In this document: piece after piece, positions 19,331-34,431 of the stretch
Position numbering within the stretch: position 1 is the stretch's first letter
Layout of the letters: each line of letters starts with the position of its first letter
Source of the DNA: the human T2T-CHM13v2.0 reference genome, Homo sapiens
Direction: 5' to 3' (one strand)
Length of the DNA stretch: 64,000 nucleotides
Assembly: GCF_009914755.1 (NCBI RefSeq)
Contig: NC_060941.1
Notes under the pieces: model-generated
What the model saw: the letters and a program-made list of their open reading frames with translations, nothing else
Databases searched by the model: none
What the model was told of the DNA's origin: nothing
Translations under genes and position numbers: made by a program

Positions 19331-19939
19331 GGCTGATGTGGGGATAAAAGAACCAACAGGGATGCATGGGCAGGGCCTGGTCCATGGAGCAGCTGGCATC
19401 AACAAATGGAAGCTCCTTCCCATCTTGTATTTGTGTGCACTACAAAATCCGGAATATGTGGGTATAAAAAGTACCTTTATAAGAGACATAATTGGAAACT
19501 TTTGCAAAAAGAGTTTGGAAAGGTGTCACATCTTGTGGCATGAGGAGTTGTGGGCATACACTTGAACTTTGTGCTGTGAGATATCCACAGAACTTCAGTA
19601 GCTTAAGAGAACAGTTTAGATGTCATCTTATTCATCTACCATAGAACTTCCTCTTTTTTTCTGAGATTTCTAGACAATAACTTTTACAGCTCTAATAATG
19701 CAGTTCTCTCCCAGTTGTTTGGACTATTCTAATAGATACAAAGCAGTATTTCACCAGCAGATGCTACTGCAGTTTGTATGATGATTTCAAACTAAGAATC
19801 CATTTAAAGTTATGCAATACTTTTTTGGAAATAGAGTGAAAGTACTTTAAGTTTAAAATCCTATAAAATAGGTTTACAGTAAATAATTATCTGTTGCAAT
19901 GTCTATCATACTATCTTATATTCACACATGTGTTGGTGT

Positions 19940-20481
<542 letters not shown>

Positions 20482-20559
20482 TAAAGTAGCTTCAAAAGCC
20501 CTTTGCAAATAGGTGTTTTCATAACAAGATGAAAACAAGAAAACATTGAGCTTCATATA

Positions 20560-20790
20560 ATAGAAGGGTTCTGCCTGGATTTGCATGTGGCCCCATCATT
20601 TGTTTGCTGTTGGGCCATGGTCAGGTTACTTAGCTGCTCTCTGCCTCCACATAGGCTTTATGCCTGTGCATCCTTCATCTACAAAATGGGAATAATAAGA
20701 ACATCTAACAATTAGAAGTGGAGAAAATATATGTAAAGGTCTTTGAAAAGAGCTTGTCAAAGCTCAATAATTGTCAGCTATCATTCAATA
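20560..20790 (+). mobile_element. MIR fragment
   Basis: CAGGTTACTTAG...CTTCATCTACAAAATGGGAATAATAA. Confidence 0.55.
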
Positions 20791-21077
20791 ATAATCATAA
20801 TCATAAAAATATATGACTCAAAGAAAGATTGCTACCTCATATCCAGCTTCCCCAAAGAATATCAGACATTGGACCTGTGAAAGGAATGACATTGAGATGT
20901 ATTTTCACATCGCTAAGTTGGTTTTTTCTCTTTGCCATTCAATTTCTGCAGTCCCCACTCTAAGTCCATGGTCCACCTTTTTATTTTTCCTCCTAAAATG
21001 TCTTCACTTCTTGTAAAATTTACTTTTCCTTAAAAAGGGCCCTTTTCATCCTCTCACTCTTTTGCCCTTCCCAGAAG

Positions 21078-21352
21078 TTGGTTAATGGGCCCAAAAATAC
21101 AGTTAGATGGAAAGAACAGAAGAATTTCTAGTGTTCAATAGCACAGTAGGGTGATGATCATTAACAATAACTTATATATTTCAAAATGACTAGAGGAAAG
21201 ATGTGGAATGTTCTCAACACAAATAAATGATAAATGTTTGAGGTGATGGATATGCAAATTATCCTGATTTGATCACTACATATTGTATGCATGTATCAAA
21301 ATATCACATGTACCCTAGAAATATGTATCATTGTCATGTATCAATAAAAACA
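21078..21352 (+). mobile_element. L1MA 3' end
   Basis: GTTGGTTAATGGG...AAATGATAAATGTTTGAGGTGATGGATATG...TATCAATAAAAA. Confidence 0.85.
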
Positions 21353-21582
21353 GAAAGGCCTATTTCTCTTTCCTTCCTCCCCGCATTCCCTGCTGCCCCA
21401 GATATGTGTTGTTCCTGGTGCTCTCCTACCCCACGTTCAGTCAGCACTGAGCCAGCAGGAAGGATCTCACAGATCATATCCTGAGATCAACCCTTTCAGG
21501 TAATAATCCTCCTGCTTTTAGTCATTTATATCCTTTGGTTCGTATATATTTTGAGTCAAATGCCTTCTAACTACTGACTTAC

Positions 21583-21966
21583 ATAATATCCCTTGGTTTT
21601 TAAAGATAATACAAAGTGGATTTTAGTAACAATCTTGAGTCGTCACAGAAGCTAATGAAGTTGGGGATGCCATGAAGCCATCCAAGCATATAGAGCCCAT
21701 TTCCCTGGGTCCCTTTTCCTTAGCTCAAGGCCACAAAAAATCAGAACTTGAATTCCAGCCCACATTTGCATTATGTCTAAATAACTATGAGTTATAAATG
21801 AAGCTAACAGTTAAATATATTCTATTCTCCTACTTCGATAAATATACCGCCATAATTACCCACAACGTCAAAGTCGAGTGTAGAATTCTCTGATTTCTTG
21901 GTGCTCTGCACGGGAATGTGGTAGTAAAGGGAGAGCTGATCCTCAGCCCCAAGCTAAACTTTTTTC
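21583..21966 (+). repeat. Copy 1 of a ~385-bp local direct duplication (copy 2 at 23827-24211)
   Basis: Colinear from ATAATATC(C/G)CTTGGTTTTTAAAGATAATAC to GCTAAACTTTTTT. Confidence 0.93.
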
Positions 21967-22309
21967 TTTCATCGTAGCTAGCCCTGTACTCTCTTGAGAA
22001 GCCTTGTGTACCCCTGTATGGGGGACTCCCTAGGCCCCATGCAAGCTCCATCCACAATTCTCACCCCTTCAGACAGCAGAGCCTTGGGCACCATTTGGAC
22101 AAGCACAGTTTGCGCTTTGAAATGGACCCAGAGAAGAGGCCATGCAGGCTCAGACACATTTGGCCAGGAGCCTGAGTCCCCAGTGTGTGCCCTAGAAGAG
22201 AGGGTGAGAGCTCTGGGTGGGCCAGGGTACAGTCAGTGGAGGGCCAGAGAGGCACCTTCTCAAGCGCAGGATTCAGGGCAGGAGTCCTCTTGCCCAGATG
22301 GAAGGCTAT

Positions 22310-22783
22310 GACTGCTTAGTGCAATGGCGCCTGCGTCATGTCTTCTCAGTTCACCTTTCATTCAGTCTCTGCCACCGTGGGAAGTTCCATGGAAGCGCAG
22401 GCTTCCCTTGTGCTGCCAGCCAACTCAAACTACACTTTCTGCCTTAGGGCATCTCCATTATTGTAGGATTTTTCCTGAGCACAAATACAGCCCAGAAACA
22501 CTTGCAGGTTAACAGCCTCAGGGGAAGACCTCAACCAGTGTGGGACAGGTGGGCAAATGCTCCAGGCTCATGTTTCAGGTGGACAGTTCTGGATAACTTT
22601 CTGGAGCCTCTCAGAAGGTCCTGCAGAAAAAACTGCATGGCAGGAGCCTCAATAGCAAGCCATTATTTTGACTTTTCTTTCTTGCCTGTCTCACTCTTCC
22701 CACTTCTGACTCCTGCTTCTTGGAATCACTTCCCAAATAAACCACCCACACCCAAGTCCTTACTCCAGCTCTGCTTTTAGGGA
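22310..22783 (+). mobile_element. LTR16-like (ERVL) solo LTR
   Basis: GGTGGGCAAATGCTCCAG, GGTGGACAGTTCTG, TCACTTCCCAAATAAACCACC...CTCTGCTTTTAGGG; left boundary uncertain. Confidence 0.65.
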
Positions 22784-22918
22784 TACAGACACACCTTGGA
22801 GATATTACACGTTCTAGGTAACCACAATAGGGCGAATATCACAACAGTGCAAGTCACACGAAATTTTTTGCAAGTCACACAAAATTTTTTGCTTTCTGGT
22901 GCATATAAAAGTTATGTT

Positions 22919-23197
<279 letters not shown>

Positions 23198-23697
23198 TTA
23201 TGTTTAAACTACTGTAGTCAATTAAGTGTGCAATAGCATTATGTCTAAAATACAATGTATATACCTTACTTTGAAAATATGTGATTGCCAAAAAATGCTA
23301 ACCATCATCTGGGCCTTCAGCAAGTCATCATTTTGCTGCTGGATGGTCTTGCCTCAATGTTGATAGCTACTGACTGATCGGGGTGGTGGTTGCTGAGGGC
23401 TGGAGAGGGAGTGGCGATTTCTTAAAATAAGATGACAATGAAGTTTGCGCATTGACTGACTCTTTCTTTCACAAAAGATTTCACTGTAGCATGCTATGCA
23501 GTTTGGTAGCATTTTACCCACAGTAGAATTTATATCAAAATTGCAACCAATCCTCTCAAACCCTGCCACTCCTCTATCAACTAAGTTTATGGAATATTCT
23601 AAGTCCTTTGTTGTTCTTTCCACAATGTTCACAGCATCTTCACCAGGAGTAGATTCCATCCCAAGAAACCAATTTCTTTGCTCATTCATAACAAGCA

Positions 23698-23826
23698 ATA
23701 ATAATACATTATTTTATACATAATATATATAATTATATAATATACATATTATATATTTATTATATTATATATTATAATATATATAATATGCTATAATATA
23801 TAATATGTAATATAATATAAGCAAAA
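23698..23826. repeat. AT-rich low-complexity (TA/TAA) tract
   Basis: Almost pure A/T run of ATATAAT-type units. Confidence 0.85.
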
Positions 23827-24211
23827 ATAATATCGCTTGGTTTTTAAAGATAATACAAAGTGGATTTTAGTAACAATCTTGAGTCATCATAGAAGCTAAA
23901 GAATTTGGGGATTCCATGAAGCCATCCAAGCATATAAAGCCTATTCCCCTGGGTCGCTTTTCCTTAGCTCAAGGCCACAAAAAATCAGAACAAGAATTCC
24001 AGCCCACATTTGCATTATGTCCAAATAATTATGAGTTATAAATGAAGCTAACAAATAGTTAAATATGTTCTATTCTCCTACTTCAATAAATATACTGCCA
24101 TAATAACCCACAAGGCCAAAGTCGAGTGTAGAATTCTGATTCCTTGGTGCTCTGCACAGGAATGTGGTAGTAAAGGGAGAGCCGATCCTGAGCCCCAGGC
24201 TAAACTTTTTT
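23827..24211 (+). repeat. Copy 2 of the ~385-bp duplication, inserted in Tigger1
   Basis: Matches 21583-21966 at an offset of ~2244 bp. Confidence 0.93.
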
Positions 24212-24252
24212 CCATCTAATTCCATTTATTTCCATTAAGATTGCAGCAATTC

Positions 24253-24541
<289 letters not shown>

Positions 24542-25224
24542 AAGATTGCAGCAGTTCACTCACATCTTCAGGCTCCACTTGTAATTCTAGTTCTCTTGCT
24601 ATCTTCACCACAACTGTGGTTACTTCCTCTGCTAAGGTCTTGAACCCCTCAAAGTCATTTATGAGGGTCAGAATCAACTTCTTACAAACTCCTATTAATG
24701 CTGCTATTTTTACCTCCTCTGGTGAATCATAAATGTTCTTAGTGGCATCTACCATAGTGAATCCTTTCCAGAAGGTTTCCAATTGACTTTGCCCAGATCC
24801 ATCAAAGGAATCATGACCTATGGCAGTAACAGCCTTATAAAATATATTTCTCAAATAATAAGACTTGAAAGTCAAAATGATGCCTCAATCCATTGACTAC
24901 AGAATAGATGTTGTGTTGGCAGGCATGAAACCAGCATGCGTTTCCCTGTACATCTCCATTAGAGCTCTTTAGTCACCAGGTACATTGTCAAAAAGCTGAA
25001 GTATTTGAAATGAATCTTTTTTCTGAGCTGTAGGTCTCAACAGTGGGATTAAAATACTCAGTAACCCATGTGGTAAACAGCTCTGATATCATCCAAGTGT
25101 TGTTGTTCCATTTATAGAGCACAGGTAGAGTAGATTTAGCGTAATTCTTAAGAGGTGTCCTAGGATTTATGGAATGGCAAATAAGCATTGGCTTGTAACA
25201 AGAAAGTCAGCCTGTCCTTTAAAT

Positions 25225-25525
25225 CTTTTTTATTTTTCTTGAGATAATGTCTCACTCCATTGCCCAGGCTGGATTGCAGTGGCATGATCTTGGCCCACTC
25301 CAGACTTGACCTCCTTGGCTCCACAATCCTCCCGCCTCAGCCTCCTGAGTAGCTGGGACTAGTAGCATGCACCACCATACATGGCTTATTTTTATTTATT
25401 TATTTTGTTAGAGACAGGGTTCACCATGTTGCCCAGGCTGGTCTCAAACTCCTAAGCTCAAGCCATTCTCCCACTTCAGCCTCCCAGAGTGCTGGGATTA
25501 CAGGCATGATCCACCCTGCATGGCC
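25225..25525 (-). mobile_element. AluJ-like element
   Basis: Full antisense Alu with J-type GCTCAAGCCATTCTCCCAC. Confidence 0.85.
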
Positions 25526-25983
25526 TCTAAATTCGTGTTATGGAGACTCATTTTCATGGTTAAAATATCCTGAATTGACTGTGGCCTGTTGGGAGGTGGG
25601 ATGGAGGGAGCTACTTAAGGAAAATGAAAAAGAAAGGGAAGCACACCAGAAGCAAGAAAGTGTCATCAATTTTTACATCAAGGACTCCATGATAAAGAGA
25701 AAGTACAGGTGGCCTGTTATCATGGCTGACCATTGGACTGTGGACTGCACCTGCATCTACCAGGTTCTTCTGGATAATCCCAGTTTTAAATTTTTGACCT
25801 GATATTCATGAACACAGTGCTACTGGTCAGACCTTTGTCCAGGTTTAAGCTTCAGAACATAATGTCTTCATGCAGTGGGAGGCCTGGTTAGGGTTATGAT
25901 TCTGCCCTGGGACATCTGCCCCTTCTGACCTGGAGGTAAATTTGTCATCTACTATTTACCTCCACACTTGAACAGCCAATGAT

Positions 25984-26663
<680 letters not shown>

Positions 26664-26861
26664 TTATACTGGGAACTGGTGTGAAGGGATTCACCATGTG
26701 TAAGCTTTTGGATTGATGACAGTTATTTCTAGATCATGGAGGTGGGAATGCTTGTTGATCATCTTCTATGTTCTTTGTTATATTGATTGATTTTTTAAAT
26801 TAGCATTTTTATAACAATAAAGTCATAAAAACAAGTAACTAAAATAAAGTAAAATAATCTA

Positions 26862-27172
<311 letters not shown>

Positions 27173-28138
27173 ATCTAAATGTAATTGAGTTGAATATTTA
27201 AACTTTTAACTGACATTTCAAATTAGATTCTAATTCCATTTAAAAGAGCATCTCATAGAAGCAAATGTACTCAATTATATTAACTCTGTGGTTTCATTTA
27301 AGCAATTTGTTTTGTGAAGGGACACAAATCCAACCAGATTTTAACAGTGTATAAATATGTATTTATTAATTTAATTACAATGACAATACTCTCAACTCCC
27401 CATTTGAATAAAGGAGAGCGTGTGATCTGTGTTCTGAGACAGTGTGCACTATAGGTGTGTGGAAATACCGATGCCCTCAGCTGTGTGGTAGGCTCAGTGG
27501 GACCTGGAGTGCAGGAGCCCCTGGGCCATTCACCTCTGGCCACAAAAGTCATTGCTCATTTACACCCAACTTCTATAGAAATATTATTTTCAGTGGTTGT
27601 TATGATGCAAAAGAAAAGAAGCAGGGAGATTTATTAAACTGTTACATATAAGTTATGTTAGTAAATAAAGTCTACTTTCTTCTGGCTTAACTAAAAATCT
27701 ATACTAGTATTTATGTCTTTTGGAAATTAGAGATGCCAATTTAAGTATTATGAAGCAAAGCAACTGATTATTAGGTAAGACAGCCAAGTACAACTGCAGA
27801 ATTGTAGAGGTTATGGGTTACATGTATAAGAATATTTCATAGCAAAAATCTTTTAAGACTCTGTGAAGACACTCCACAGTGAAGCAGAAATTAGAACAGA
27901 ATTAATAATACTGTGTATGCTCTCAGTTCACCAATTTATCAAAACTAGCTTTATGATTCAGAAGGGTGTCTGCACTTTTGCAATTGGAAGAAAAGAAAGA
28001 ATATTTTATTTTTTGACTCTTTAGATTTTCTTCACTAACAGTATTTCCAAGGCTAAGTAAGGGAGTTGCAAGTAACACCAAGAGAAAAAAGCAGTCTTGA
28101 GCAGCTTTTTAAAAATAGTCTTAAAATATGGAAAATGA

Positions 28139-28435
28139 AGCCAGGTGTGGTGGCTCACTCTTGTGATCCCAACACTTTGGGAGCCTGAAGTGGGAGGGTT
28201 GCTTGAGGACAAAAGTTTGAGACAAGCCTGGGTAGCATAGCAAGATCCCCATCATTGCAAAAAATAATAATTTTAAAAAAAATTATCTGGATGTGGTGGT
28301 GCATGCCTTAGAGTCCCAGTTACTTGGGAGGATGAGGTAGGAGGAGCTCTTGAGCCTAGGAGTTCAAGTCTGCAGTGAGCTATGATTGCACCACAGTCCT
28401 CAAGCCTGGGCAACAAAGTGAGACTCTCTCTCTCT
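28139..28435 (+). mobile_element. AluJ-like element, followed by (CT)n(TA)n
   Basis: Diverged sense Alu. Confidence 0.82.
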
Positions 28436-28479
28436 CTCTCTCTCTTTATATATATTTATATATATATAATATGTGGAAC

Positions 28480-29566
28480 CCATATATATATGGAAAAGGG
28501 AAGGGGCCAAGAATATCAAAGACATTATTGAAGAAGAGGAAAGATTCGTCCTGCCAAATATCAGAACTTTTATAAAGCTACAACAATTAAGACAGTGTGG
28601 TCTTCACTGATAAACTGACTAATGAAACAGAATAGAGAGCTCCCAAGCAAATCTCCACAAATTTAATCTTCGATATGTGATGTAGGTGACATGGCAGATC
28701 AGCAAGGAAAGAAAGGACTTTTCAATAAATAGGATAGAAAAATAATGGTTATTGATGTAGGAAACAAAATGAAATTATATTCCTACTTCACTCTATATAC
28801 AAACATTAAATTCCAGATGGACAGAAGACTTACATGTCAGAAACAAAACTTTAAAACTTTTAGTAGAAAATGTAAGTGAATGAGACACAAAAAGCCACTT
28901 AACAATTAAAAAAGATTAGACATTTTGACTATCACAAAATTAAGAACTTTTTACATCAAAATTGGAAAGATAGTCTGGGCATGGTGTCTCAAACCTGTAA
29001 TCCCAACAGTAGATCACCTGAGGTCAGGAGTTTGAAACCAGGCTGGCCAACATGGTGGAACCTCATCTCTACTAAAAATACAAGAAATTAGCCAGGCATT
29101 AGTGGCAGACACCTGTAATCTCAGCTACTTGGGAAGCTGAGGCACAAGAATCGTCTGAACCCGGGAGGTGGAGGTTGCAGTGAGCCACTGCACTCCAGCC
29201 TGAATAACAGAGTAAGACTCTGTCTCAAAAAAAAAAAAAAATAGAAATTAAAAAATAAAAGTAAAAAAGTGAAAAGATAAACTATAAATTAGAAGAAGTT
29301 ATTTGCAGTACCTAAAACCTACAAAAGGTTAATATCATATCAACTAAGTGCTCATATGAATTATTTTTGAATAAGGAGCTCCTATGAATTAATTTTAAAA
29401 ATAGCAAACCAACAGAAAATTGGGAAAAGGCATTAATAGGGATTTCACAAAAGAGAAAGCCCACAAAATATAAAAATTTTCTCAACCTCATTAGTAATCA
29501 GAAAAATGCCCAAGATACTACACATCTATTCTCTCCACAAATATTGAGAAGTTTGATGATACCAAA
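28480..29566 (+). mobile_element. Old L1 (L1ME/MC-like) ORF2 fragment, interrupted by an Alu at ~28973-29265; resumes at ~31862-32300
   Basis: TATAAAGCTACA...GACAGTGTGG...AACAGAATAGAGAGC motifs; sequence continues after THE1. Confidence 0.7.
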
Positions 29567-31861
29567 TGTATTAGTCCATATTCACACTGCTGATAAAGAC
29601 ATACCTGAGATGGGGAAGAAAAAGAGGCTTAATTGGTTTAAGGGCTCCACATGGCTGAGGAAGCCTCAGAGTTATGGTGGTGGATGAACAGCACTTCTTA
29701 CATGGCAGTGACAAGAGAATATGAGAAGGAAGCAAAATAAGCAAAAAACCCATCAGATCTTGTGAGATTTATTCACTATCACAAGAATAGCATGGGAAAG
29801 ACTGGCCCCAAAGATTCAACTACCTCCCCCTGGGTCCCTCCCCGAACACATGGGCATCCTGAGCAATACAATTCAAGTTGAGACTTGGGTAGGGACATAG
29901 CCAAACCATATTATTCTGCCCCTGGCCCCTCCAAATCTCATGTCCTCACATTTCAAAACCTATCATGCCTTCCCAACAGTCCCCCAAAGTCTTAACTCAT
30001 TTCAGCATTAACCCAAATGTCTGCTGTCCAAAGTCTCATCTGAAACAAGGCAAGTCTCTTCTGCTTATGACCCTGTAAAATCCAAATCAAGCTAGTTACT
30101 TCCTAGATACAATGGGGGTACAGATAGTTGAGAAAATACAGCTGTTCCAAATGGGAGTAATTGTCCAAAACAAAGGGGTTACAGGCCCTGTGCAAGCCCA
30201 AAATCCAGCAAGGTAGTTAAATTTTAAAGCTCCAAAATGATCTCCTTTGACTCCATGTTTCACATCAAGGTCATGCTGATGCAAGAGGTGGGCTCCCACA
30301 GCCTTGGGTAGTTCTGCCCCTGTGGCTTTGCAGGGTATAACCCACCTCCTGGCTGTTTTCATGGGCTGATGTCGAGTGTCCGCAGCTTTCCCAGGCTCAT
30401 GGTGCAAGTTGTCAGTGAATCTACAATTCTGGGGTCTGGAGGAGTGTGGCCCTCTCCTCAAAGCTCCACGAGGAAGTACCCCAGTAGGGACTCTGTGTAG
30501 GGGCTTCAACCCCACATTTCCTTTCTGCACAGCCCTAGCAGAGGTTCTCCATCAGAGCATCACCCCTGCAGCAAATTTTTGTTTGGACATCCAGGTGTTT
30601 TCATACATCCTCTGAAATCTAGGTGGAGGTTTCCAAACCTCAATTCTTGACTTCTATGCATGTGCAGACTCAGCACAACGTGGAAGCTACCAAGGCTTGG
30701 TGCTTGCACTCTCAAGGCCATGGCCTGAGTTCTATGTTGGCCCCTTTCAGCCATGGCTGGAGGGGCTGAAACACAGAGAAACAAGGCTCTATGCTACACA
30801 CAGCACAGGGAACCCGGCCCAGCCCAGAAAACCATTTTTTCCTCCTAGGCCTCCAGGCTTGTGATGGGAGGGGCTGCTGTGATGACCTGTGACATCTCCT
30901 GTAGACATTTTCCCCATTGTTTTGGGGATTAACATTCAGCTTCTCGTTACTTATGCAAATTTCTGCCAACAGCTGGAATTTATCCTCAGAAAATGGGATT
31001 TTCTTCTCTATCACATTGTCAGGCTGCAAATTTTCCAAATTTATATGCTCTGCTTTCTTTATAAAACTGAAGGCCTTTAATATCACCCAAGTCACCTCTG
31101 GAATGCTTTACTGCTTAGAAATTTCTTCCAGCAGATACCCTAAATTATCACTCTCAAGTTCAAAGTTCCACAAATCTCTAGGGCAGGGGCAAAATGCTGC
31201 CATTCTCTTTGCTAAAACACAACAAGAGTCACCTTTGCTCCAGTTCACAACAAGTTCCTCATCTCCATCTGAGACTACCTCAGCCTGGACCTTATTGTTC
31301 AAAACACTATCAGCATTTTTGTCAAAGCCATTCAGCAAGTCTCTAGGAGGTTCCAAATTTTCCCACATTTTCCAGTCTTCTTCTGAGCCCTCCAAACTCT
31401 TCCAACCTCTGCCTGTTACCAAGTTTCAAAGTCGCTTGCACATTTTTTGGATGTCTTTTCAGCAGCATCCCACTCCACTGGTACCAATTTACTGTATTAG
31501 TCTGTTTTCACACTGCTGAAAAAGACATACCCAAGTCTGAGAAGAAAAAGAGGTGTAAAGAAAAAGAACTGTAATTGGATTTACAGTCCCACATGGTGGA
31601 GGAGGCCTCAGAGTCATGGTAGGAGGTGAAAGGCACTTCTTACATGGCAGCAGCAAGAGAAAATGAGGAGGAAGCCAAAGCAGAAACCCCTGATAAACCC
31701 ATCAGATCTCATGAGGCTTATTCACTATCACGAGACTAGCACAGGAAAGACTGGCCTCCGTGATTCAATTACCTCACCCTGGGTCCCTCCCATAACATGT
31801 GGGAATTCTGGAGATAGAATTCAAGCTGAGATTTGGGTGTGGACACAGCCAAACCATATCA
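29567..31861 (-). mobile_element. Complete THE1 (THE1A-like) MaLR element: LTR 29567-29913, internal region, LTR 31493-31861
   Basis: Two TGTATTAGTC...CCAAACCATAT(T/C)A LTRs, ~1.58-kb internal region, polypurine tract next to the 3' LTR, 5-bp TSD CCAAA at 29562-29566 and 31862-31866. Confidence 0.93.
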
Positions 31862-32542
31862 CCAAATATGGAGAGACTGTGGATCAACAAGATCATCTCA
31901 AACTAATACAGGAGGTGAGAGTTTAAATTAGAACAACCACTTTGGAAAGAAATTTGGATTATCTTATAAATTTGAGCATTCTCATATGTTATGGCAAAGT
32001 AATTCCTCTACCATAGGCCCTGGAGAAACTCTTGCCCATATGCACCAGAAGTAGTAAAAAAATAAATGCTCATGTAATGCCATTCATAATAGCAAAAATC
32101 TAGAAATAAGCCAAATGTTCATTAATAGGAGAATGGGTAAACTGATAGAAGAATGGGTAAATAAATTATACCCTTAAAAACTAAATAATATGTCATTTAA
32201 GGCAATCATATGTATGCAATAAAACAATGTTTTTTTAAAGGAAGGGAATCCTAAACATAAATTCAGGGTAGTAGTTACCCTCGGGCTGAAGGGTGAAAAT
32301 CAGGAAAAAGGACAGAGGAGGAGCAGATGTTAGGGTCAGAACCCTAGTTCTTGGGTTCATAAGTGATTACCATATTGTTCAAATACATTTACTCAGAGGC
32401 CCAGGCACAGACAAGGATGAAATAGGAGCCAAGGTATGCTATGAGCCAAGGATTATGATTAATCCAATTTTGTGCACTTTAAGCCATTTGAAAAACAGAA
32501 AAGCAAAACAACAAAATAATTTTTAAGAAATTGAATATAGGG

Positions 32543-32927
32543 TGTTTTGCTCTGAATGTGTCCCCCTAAAATTAATCACCAATGTCATAGGATTAGGAAG
32601 TAGAGCTTTTAGGTAGTGATTCCTTCATGAAGGGAGAGTCTTCACGAATGAGTTTAGGATCCTTACACAAGGATTGGAGGGAGTGGGCTTCCCCTGTTTT
32701 GCCCTTCTGCCTTCTGCCATGTGAGGACACAGTGCATCTCCTCCTGAAGACACAGTGCAGAAGATACCATCTTGGATGTAGAGACCAGGCCCTCACCAGA
32801 CACCAATCCTGCTGGCACCTTGATCTTGGACTTCTAGCTTATGGAACTGTGAGAAATACATTTCTGTTCTTCAGAAATTACCCAGCCTAGTGTATTTTTT
32901 ATATAGTAGCAGAAACTCATTAAGGCA
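32543..32927 (+). mobile_element. MST/MLT1A-type MaLR solo LTR (MSTD-like)
   Basis: TG...CTGAATGTGTCCCCC, GCCATGTGAGGACACAG, GGCACCTTGATCTTGGACTTC, GAACTGTGAGAAATA. Confidence 0.8.
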
Positions 32928-34168
32928 TAATGCCTCTTGTCATTTTCTTCTACAATTTTCTTTGCTGCCTCTTTAGCACTGGGGCATTTTATATTTGATC
33001 CTTCATCATATCTCTTACTTTTGGTTTTTCACATTTCTGTTCCAAGTGTATTCTTAGACACATATTTTCCAATATTTGTTAGCATCCAGGTCAGAAAGTC
33101 CAGAATACCTTCTTTTAAGGCTTCCGTTTCTGCAACAATGAAGTATTAACGCCTCCTGTAAACTAGGTATTTCCTTTCCAATTGTAACTGCCATCTGGAG
33201 GCAAAGTAGAATTCTAGTCTATGAGTGTGGGGTTGATTTTTAATGTATCTAGAGTATGGTAAAATGCTGGTTTTTAATCACACAGATACATTGATTGCTT
33301 GGCACACTAGGGTACCAGTTGCTAGTTATCTCTGTATTGATCCATGCTGTTACAGAGGGAAAGTACAGACCATGAAGTTGGACCAGCTGTCATACCCACA
33401 ACATTTGGGGAGCTTTGATTTTTTTTAACCTTTAGCTGCTTAACTGTCACATCTAGAAGCTCAGGTGAAAAGCACCCTTATTGTGGGGACTTTCCCTTAG
33501 TGCTCTGTGGCACTAAAGAGCAGACCTATGTAGAAGCATTTAAGTATTTTGTGCATCAACAGGAAAATTAAAGGAACAAATTCTTATTGTATCCTTTAGT
33601 CCCTGACGACAAAACCACAGTGACAGTAACTAGGTCATGGCATTGTATTCAGAGAGGGTCAGCCTTGGTATTTGACAGTGAGTCCCCTGTACCCCACTGT
33701 CAAGACTCACTGAGCAGACGGGAAAGTTCAGGTGGAACATGCAGTAAAGAGCAAACACGGTGGGGGGCGCTCACTGTCATACACTGCCATGCCTGCCATG
33801 GTCAGCAGACCTGTCTTCTATTTGACAACAGGCAAGTTGAGAAACATTTTTTTGGAGAGTTTCTTGATTCTTCCCAGTTGTGGCAGGATGGACTGACTTA
33901 GAGGAGCTCAGGAAGGTTGTTAAACAACACAGAAACGCAACATGAATTGTACTCCTCAGCAGGCCTATGTTAGAGCAGCAGGTCCTTGAAGCCTCAGCCA
34001 CTCCTGGGACACAGCATAATGCCCCTAATGATTTCAAATTTGGTGGAGAGTGGGCTGCTAATCCCAGTGTCCAGGGACAAAAAGAGACATAAACAGCAAA
34101 AAGTTATAAAATAAGTGGGCCTAACATCTGCTTATTGTGGGAGGTAGGGATTTAAGGTATAAGAATTT

Positions 34169-34431
34169 AGCTGCATGTGGAAGCTCACACCTGTAATCTC
34201 AGCACTTGAGGAGGTCAACGCAGGAGGACAGCTTGAGCCCAGGAGTTTGACAAGAGCCAGGAAACATACTAAGTCCGCATTCGTTCAAAAATGTTTTGAA
34301 GAAAAGTAGTTGAGTGTGGGGACACATGCCTGTAGTCCTAGGTACGTGGGAGCCTGAGACAAGAAAATTGCTTAAGCTTGGGAGATTGACACTGCAATGA
34401 GCTGTGATCACAACAATGCACGCCAGCCTGT
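34169..34431 (+). mobile_element. Highly diverged AluJ-like element, 3'-truncated at the satellite boundary
   Basis: GCTCACACCTGTAATCTCAGCAC...GCACGCCAGCCTG with no 3' end or poly(A). Confidence 0.8.

Noticed and set aside
30096-31519. 100-200 aa ORFs
   Set aside because: Remnants and antisense frames of the THE1 internal region
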